NCBI GenBank assembly: GCA_963729715.1
Contig: CAVSPA010000010.1
Span: 1-64,000, forward strand
Origin: an uncultured delta proteobacterium
Lineage (GTDB): Bacteria > Desulfobacterota > Syntrophia > Syntrophales > UBA2185
DNA length: 64,000 nt
Reading direction: 5' to 3'
Below, one piece after another: positions 59,646-64,000 of this stretch. The notes beneath the pieces were generated by a model. That model saw only the letters and a program-made list of their open reading frames with translations, made no database searches and had not been told where the DNA came from. Positions within the stretch are counted from its first letter, which is position 1, and every line of letters begins with the position of its first letter. A program made the position numbers and the translations under genes.

Positions 59646-60871
59646 ATGAAAACGAAAAATACACTCCGAGACCTGTATAAATTTCCTGGATTCCGTGCCC
59701 GTGCCACACTAAAGCCACACCCGGAAGATACTGAAGGATGCATTGTGACCCTTGAGCGCCGCCAAAAAAAACGGTCTGTTCCGGCTGCGGTACAACGGCA
59801 TCAAGCTATCGGGACCGGCGAACGCATAGAGTGCGAGACCTGGATGCCGGAGCAACCCGCATCTATCTTGAATTCGAGTATCGCAGGGTCGCCTGCCCGC
59901 ATTGCACAGCCGTGAAGCGCGAGACTCTTTCAATGCTGGCCAAGTCAGCCCGGTTCACTCAGCGGTTCGAGGACCGCATTGGACTGCTCTGTCGCGAGAT
60001 GAGCATCAAGCGTGTTGCGGAGCTTAACAACCTGAGCTGGGATCAGGTGTGTCGCATGGAGAAATGCTACATGCGCCGCCTGCTGGAGCAGCATCCACCT
60101 TCTCAGCAGCTTCGGACCATTGGCATCGATGAAATATCGACCCGTAAGGGCCACACCTATGCCATCGTTGTCGCCGACCTTGACCAGAGACGGCCGATCT
60201 GGCTGGGCGGACAGGGCCGCACCGAACAGGATTTGCAGTTGTTCTTCGACACCATGGGCCTTGAGCGCTGCAAGGCAATCGAACTGGCGGTCATGGATAT
60301 GTGGAAGCCATTTCGCAAAGCAACGCTGAGTCATGCTCCCAACGCACAGATTGTCTATGACAAGTTTCACATCATGCGTCATCTGGCAGACGCCCTTGAT
60401 CAGGTCAGGCGCAGCGAGTACAAACGTGTCAATGAGAAAGAACGTCGGTTCATCAAGGGGCAGCGCTATACGTTGCTGTCCCATAAAGCCAATTTAGATA
60501 TTGAAGGCCGACGGGCCTTGCAAATGCTGTTAAAAGCAAACAAACGGCTTCATAAAGCCTATCTGTTGAAAGAATCGTTCGGGCAACTCTGGGATTATAA
60601 CAACCCAACATGGGCACGAAAGTTCTTTGAAAGCTGGAAAGACCAGTTGCGCTGGCAGCGGCTTAAACCCTTTGAGAAGTTTGCTGCTCTCATTGAGCGT
60701 CACTGGGACGGAATCATCAGTTACTGCCATCCTGATCACAAGGTTTCACTTGGATTCATGGAAGGCTTGAATAACAAGATCCGCGTCATCCAGCGCAGAG
60801 CATACGGCATTAAGGATCAGGAATACCTGATGCTCAAAGTTATAACTTCCTTTATCAAAGAACCGAAATAG
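59646..60871 (+). CDS. ISL3 transposase, joined by -1 frameshift at A8 (59764-59771)
   Basis: ORF1 ..ERRQKK continues in the -1 frame as TVCSGCG..RVRDL..CPHC (Zn finger); DDE motifs IGIDE, MDMW, DKFH, EGLNNKI. Confidence 0.92.
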
Positions 60872-60911
60872 AATTAAATTTATGCACAACAAACCCAGAA
60901 GACCCTCCTTT

Positions 60912-61637
60912 TTAAGCTTTCGCATTTATATACTTCAGCAGGTCATTGCCTTCCTTGAACAGGGGATTGATTTTCAGAGCCTCCCGGATGGATGACTCGG
61001 CAAGCTTCCAGTCCTTTCTCTCCATCTGGACTCTCGCGATGTTGTAGTATAGCCCTTCGTCATCCGGCAGGATAGCGAGGGCCTTTTCAAATTCACCTAT
61101 TGCCTTCTCGTAGGCCCCTTCTTTTCGGAAACGAATGCCATTGCTGTTGTATGTTTGAACAATGAAGGTTACCAAAAGGTCATTATCTGCAATGAGTTCT
61201 TTAGCCTGCGTATATTCTCCTTGGTCGATAACATTCATGATCAACTGAGCCTCCGCTTCCATGTCTTTGGCAGCATCCGTCCCGGATGTGTCAGATTTTT
61301 GACTAAGATCAACATTATCCCGTACCCCTTCGTCCCCCACACTGATTAACTGCTTAACGAACTCAAGCGAACTGCCGAGATCCTTTGCATGGAACGATAC
61401 GGGTCCGAACATCTTCTTGAAATCTTTGTTTTCCGAAAGTGTAAGCTGAAAAGAATTAACCTCTTCCATCAGTCCTTTTTCGTCAGACGGCAGCATCTGC
61501 GTACTCAGGGTCTTTTCCAGGACTGACTTGAAATAGACAAGACAGGTGTGAACATTACCCTGCTTAATCTTTGCCTTGCATTCATGCAACTGCTTGATAA
61601 TTTTTGATATTTCTTCTCTCTTGATTTCTGCTGCCAT
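60912..61637 (-). CDS. Tetratricopeptide-repeat protein
   Basis: YNSNGIRFRKEGAYEKAIGEFEKAL..DEGLYYNIAR..ALKINPLF. Confidence 0.85.
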   Translation of the reverse strand: MAAEIKREEISKIIKQLHECKAKIKQGNVHTCLVYFKSVLEKTLSTQMLPSDEKGLMEEVNSFQLTLSENKDFKKMFGPVSFHAKDLGSSLEFVKQLISVGDEGVRDNVDLSQKSDTSGTDAAKDMEAEAQLIMNVIDQGEYTQAKELIADNDLLVTFIVQTYNSNGIRFRKEGAYEKAIGEFEKALAILPDDEGLYYNIARVQMERKDWKLAESSIREALKINPLFKEGNDLLKYINAKA

Positions 61638-61867
61638 TTTTCTTCCTTCGACAGATGGTTACCATGCAAGAAGCATGCAATACTGGCCTCTTGTTTCAAA
61701 CGCTCATGCAGGCTTCCTGGTGTTTAAATAGCCGTGTTCTCAGAAAGGTACAATTGTTGCATCCGATTAAATCGTTGCCGACAGTTCATTAAATACGGAT
61801 TAAGAGTCAACAAGGAGTTGTTAATCTATGTCGCGGCGAGAAGTTCAAGTTTTCTATTACCTTCTCT

Positions 61868-61894
61868 TAAAGTTTTCCATCTGCGTGTCGATAA
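61868..61894 (+). promoter_or_regulatory. Sigma-28 promoter
   Basis: TAAAG-N14-GTCGATAA, about 70 nt before ATG 61964. Confidence 0.78.
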
Positions 61895-61963
61895 CAAGGT
61901 ACAGGGGTTGCAATGGATTAATTCGTTGCTATCGGTTCATCGCAAACATTCAAAAGGATTGAT

Positions 61964-62596
61964 ATGGCTGAATCTCTTTATTCTACCTCGGAGGTAGCAA
62001 GGTTATTCGAGATTAATAGGGTAACCATATACCGCTGGGTTCAAGAAGGAGTCGTGAAGGCATACAAGGTTGGCAAGCATCTGAAAATACCCGCATCCGA
62101 GGTAGAGAGACTATGGAAGGAGTTTGGTTTTCCCGAGGGACCGCACACGCGTGTTTCCGATCTTTCTCAGAAAGATGGATCATATAATCCTAAGTCCGGG
62201 GCGAAATATGAGCAACAAAAAAAATTAGTCATGGCGGTAGATAGTGATGAGTCGGATATCAAATTCATAAGAGAAATATTTGCTTCCGCGAAACTCAAAG
62301 GAAAATGCATCTTGGAGACCTATACAGACAATCTTGAGGCGGCCCTCGCCATAGGCAAAGAGAAACCCGATCTGCTGCTTATTAAGATGATGAAATCGGA
62401 CGGAAGCGGTGAGGAGTTCGCAAAGAAAATCAGGGGGCTTCATTCTGATGTAAAGATCATTTTTATGGATGATACTTCCACGAACAGGCAGAAAAGAGAA
62501 GGCGCCGAGTTTCCTGATGATGCTATTGTGACTGCCGGACGGGCAGGGTTGTATCAAGAAATTACAAGAGCCCTCGGACTATATGATGGGCGCTGA
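61964..62596 (+). CDS. Excisionase-type HTH protein with degenerate receiver domain
   Basis: YSTSEVARLFEINRVTIYRWVQEG..AYKVG; C-terminal VMAVDSD..KPDLLLIKM receiver-like fold. Confidence 0.8.
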   Translation: MAESLYSTSEVARLFEINRVTIYRWVQEGVVKAYKVGKHLKIPASEVERLWKEFGFPEGPHTRVSDLSQKDGSYNPKSGAKYEQQKKLVMAVDSDESDIKFIREIFASAKLKGKCILETYTDNLEAALAIGKEKPDLLLIKMMKSDGSGEEFAKKIRGLHSDVKIIFMDDTSTNRQKREGAEFPDDAIVTAGRAGLYQEITRALGLYDGR

Positions 62597-62784
62597 GAAA
62601 AAATGCGCTTAGCAGACAGATCAAGTTACGGATGAGATACAGAAGGATTAAACAGGAAGCATAAATGGAAGGGGGATGGGACAGTTTCAGTCAATTAATT
62701 GGTCGAGTCGGTAATTTGTAAAATCAGCAAAGGATGACAGGTCACGAGATTAACAAAGGAAAGAATACAAAGGGGAGGGAAGAA

Positions 62785-63237
62785 ATGAAAAAGCTGGTTA
62801 TTGTAATCTTGATTGCAGCATTCGTGGCTGGAGGAGTCACGTTCGCTCTGGCCAAAGGCACAGCAAAGGAAGCCCAGGCAATGACAGATAAGGCAATTGC
62901 TTATTTTCAGGCGAATGGAAAGGCAAAAGCATTTGCGGCCTTTGATGATACCAAAGGGCAGTTTGTGAAAGAAGATTTGTACATCTATGTCGTTGATATG
63001 AAGGGGGACATTGTGTCACACGGGGCCAACAAGGCACTTATAGGACAGCATTTTATCGACATTAAAGATTCCGATGGAAAGCTCTTTTTTCGAGAGATTA
63101 TCAAAGTGGCAACGACAAAGGGGAGCGGCTGGGTAGATTATAAGTGGACGAACCCCGTATCGAAGAAGGTCGAGCCGAAATCTGCATTTGTTAAGAAGAG
63201 TGGTGACTATATTTTTTGCTGTGGGATCTACAAATGA
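62785..63237 (+). CDS. Stand-alone periplasmic single Cache (sCache_2-like) protein
   Basis: Signal peptide ending ALA; DLYIYV, SHGAN, KDSDGK, GWVDYKWTNP..EPKSAFV. Confidence 0.88.
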   Translation: MKKLVIVILIAAFVAGGVTFALAKGTAKEAQAMTDKAIAYFQANGKAKAFAAFDDTKGQFVKEDLYIYVVDMKGDIVSHGANKALIGQHFIDIKDSDGKLFFREIIKVATTKGSGWVDYKWTNPVSKKVEPKSAFVKKSGDYIFCCGIYK

Positions 63238-63260
63238 AAAAAAGGAGGATGAAGAAAGAA

Positions 63261-63716
63261 ATGAAGAAACTGATGACAATAATTATGATAGCAGCCTTCT
63301 TCGCATGCGGGATAGCTTACGCTGGCACGGGCACTGCAAAAGAGGCCATGGCTTTGGTTGATAAGGCAGTTGCTTACTACAAGGCAAATGGCAAGGACAA
63401 GGCATTTCCGGAATTCAATAACAAGAGCGGGCAATTTGTGAATAAGGACCTGTACATCTTTGTTATGGACTGGAATGGGACGCTACTGGCTCACGGGGCA
63501 AATGAGAAACTCATCAATAAGCCAACAGGGGACTTGAAAGATTCGGATGGCAAGTACTTTATGAGGGAAATGGTCAAGGTTGCCCAGACTAAGGGAACGG
63601 GCTGGGTCGATTACAAGTGGACCAATCCGGTGTCCAAAAAGATCGAGCAGAAATCGAGCTATGTTAAGAGAGTCGGCAATGAGAATCTCTTGATCGGTTG
63701 CGGCATTTACAAATAG
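63261..63716 (+). CDS. Second stand-alone sCache_2-like protein (paralog)
   Basis: Signal peptide ending AYA; DLYIFV, AHGAN, KDSDGK, GWVDYKWTNP. Confidence 0.88.
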   Translation: MKKLMTIIMIAAFFACGIAYAGTGTAKEAMALVDKAVAYYKANGKDKAFPEFNNKSGQFVNKDLYIFVMDWNGTLLAHGANEKLINKPTGDLKDSDGKYFMREMVKVAQTKGTGWVDYKWTNPVSKKIEQKSSYVKRVGNENLLIGCGIYK

Positions 63717-63787
63717 TTGCATAGAAAGTGGTCAGATAGGCCTGCTGCCTGTCTGACCGCAAAATTTAAAAGTGGGGGGGTATTGAC

Positions 63788-64000
63788 GTGAAGAAAATCA
63801 TCAGAAACCTGAAGATGGCAAGAAAAATGATGTTACTTCCAGCAGTTGTCTTCATAGCCCTCATTGCGCTGACATACGGCACATATGAGGGACTTTCGGC
63901 TCAAAAGACGGCTATGGATGAAATATTTAACAATAGATTTCAAGTATACCAGGAAACCGCTGACATCATCAAGAAGGTGGCTAACGTCCATGCAAATATC
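63788..64000 (+). CDS. Probable methyl-accepting chemotaxis protein, N-terminus only (truncated by window)
   Basis: GTG start: MKKIIRNLKMARKMMLLPAVVFIALIALTYGTYEGLSAQKTAMDEIFNNRF, a TM1 plus four-helix-bundle-type start; signalling domain not visible. Confidence 0.6.
   Translation, partial: MKKIIRNLKMARKMMLLPAVVFIALIALTYGTYEGLSAQKTAMDEIFNNRFQVYQETADIIKKVANVHANI

Larger units (their letters stand above)
59538..60905 (+). mobile_element. ISL3-family insertion sequence (1368 bp)
   Basis: IRL GGATCATCTGACTTTGTTGTACA vs IRR (rev-comp) GGGTCTTCTGGGTTTGTTGTGCA, 18/23 match; 8-bp target duplication TCCTTTTT at 59530-59537 and 60906-60913. Confidence 0.95.

Noticed and set aside
61665..61680. Sigma-54 promoter for the TPR gene (minus strand TTGCATGCTTCTTGCA)
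   Set aside because: The near-invariant -24 GG reads TG, so it is not reported as a feature.
1749..63722. Numerous 60-180 aa ORFs antisense to or overlapping identified genes
   Set aside because: Shadow frames of well-supported genes, with no independent motifs.
1..64000. CRISPR array, rRNA, tRNA, prophage or defence system
   Set aside because: No regularly spaced repeats, RNA gene signatures, integrase, phage structural genes or nuclease/defence motifs seen. The excisionase-type HTH is fused to a receiver domain in a chemotaxis context.

Overview
This window holds a nearly complete flagellar gene cluster of a diderm bacterium. Gene content (sigma-54 and sigma-28 cascade, FlhF/FlhG, CsrA-FliW, P and L rings) points to a deltaproteobacterial/Desulfobacterota-type host; the taxonomy is inference. 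Plus strand 1-37.9 kb: end of a sigma-54 activator, flgBC-fliEFGHIJ-motE-like, fliK-flgDE, fliLMNOPQR-flhBAFG-fliA, an accessory block (second FliL, degenerate histidine kinase, SwrB-like protein, FliK-like/FlhX pair), then flgFGAHIJMNKL-csrA-fliW. Minus strand 37.9-58.9 kb: flaG, FliT-like, fliS, a 919-aa fliD, fliC, a tandem-duplicated GT2-TPR glycosyltransferase and a putative flagellin-glycan island (radical SAM, CmcI, two SDRs, two DegT aminotransferases, Nudix, acetyltransferase, RmlC, C-methyltransferase, TPR-sulfotransferase-like-GT2). Next come an intact ISL3 element with an 8-bp target duplication and a -1 frameshift, a TPR gene, and a sigma-28-preceded block (HTH-pseudoreceiver, two stand-alone Cache proteins, start of a chemoreceptor). 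Sigma-54 and sigma-28 promoters can be read directly. The most notable items are an in-frame silent second copy of the FliD C-terminus after its stop codon, one Asp-box domain shared by FlgK and FlgL, strong Lys/Arg depletion of the surface-exposed flagellar proteins, an antibiotic-type branched amino-sugar pathway next to flagellin, and several unexplained RNA-like structures in intergenic regions. All product calls come from motif recognition by eye; no searches were run.
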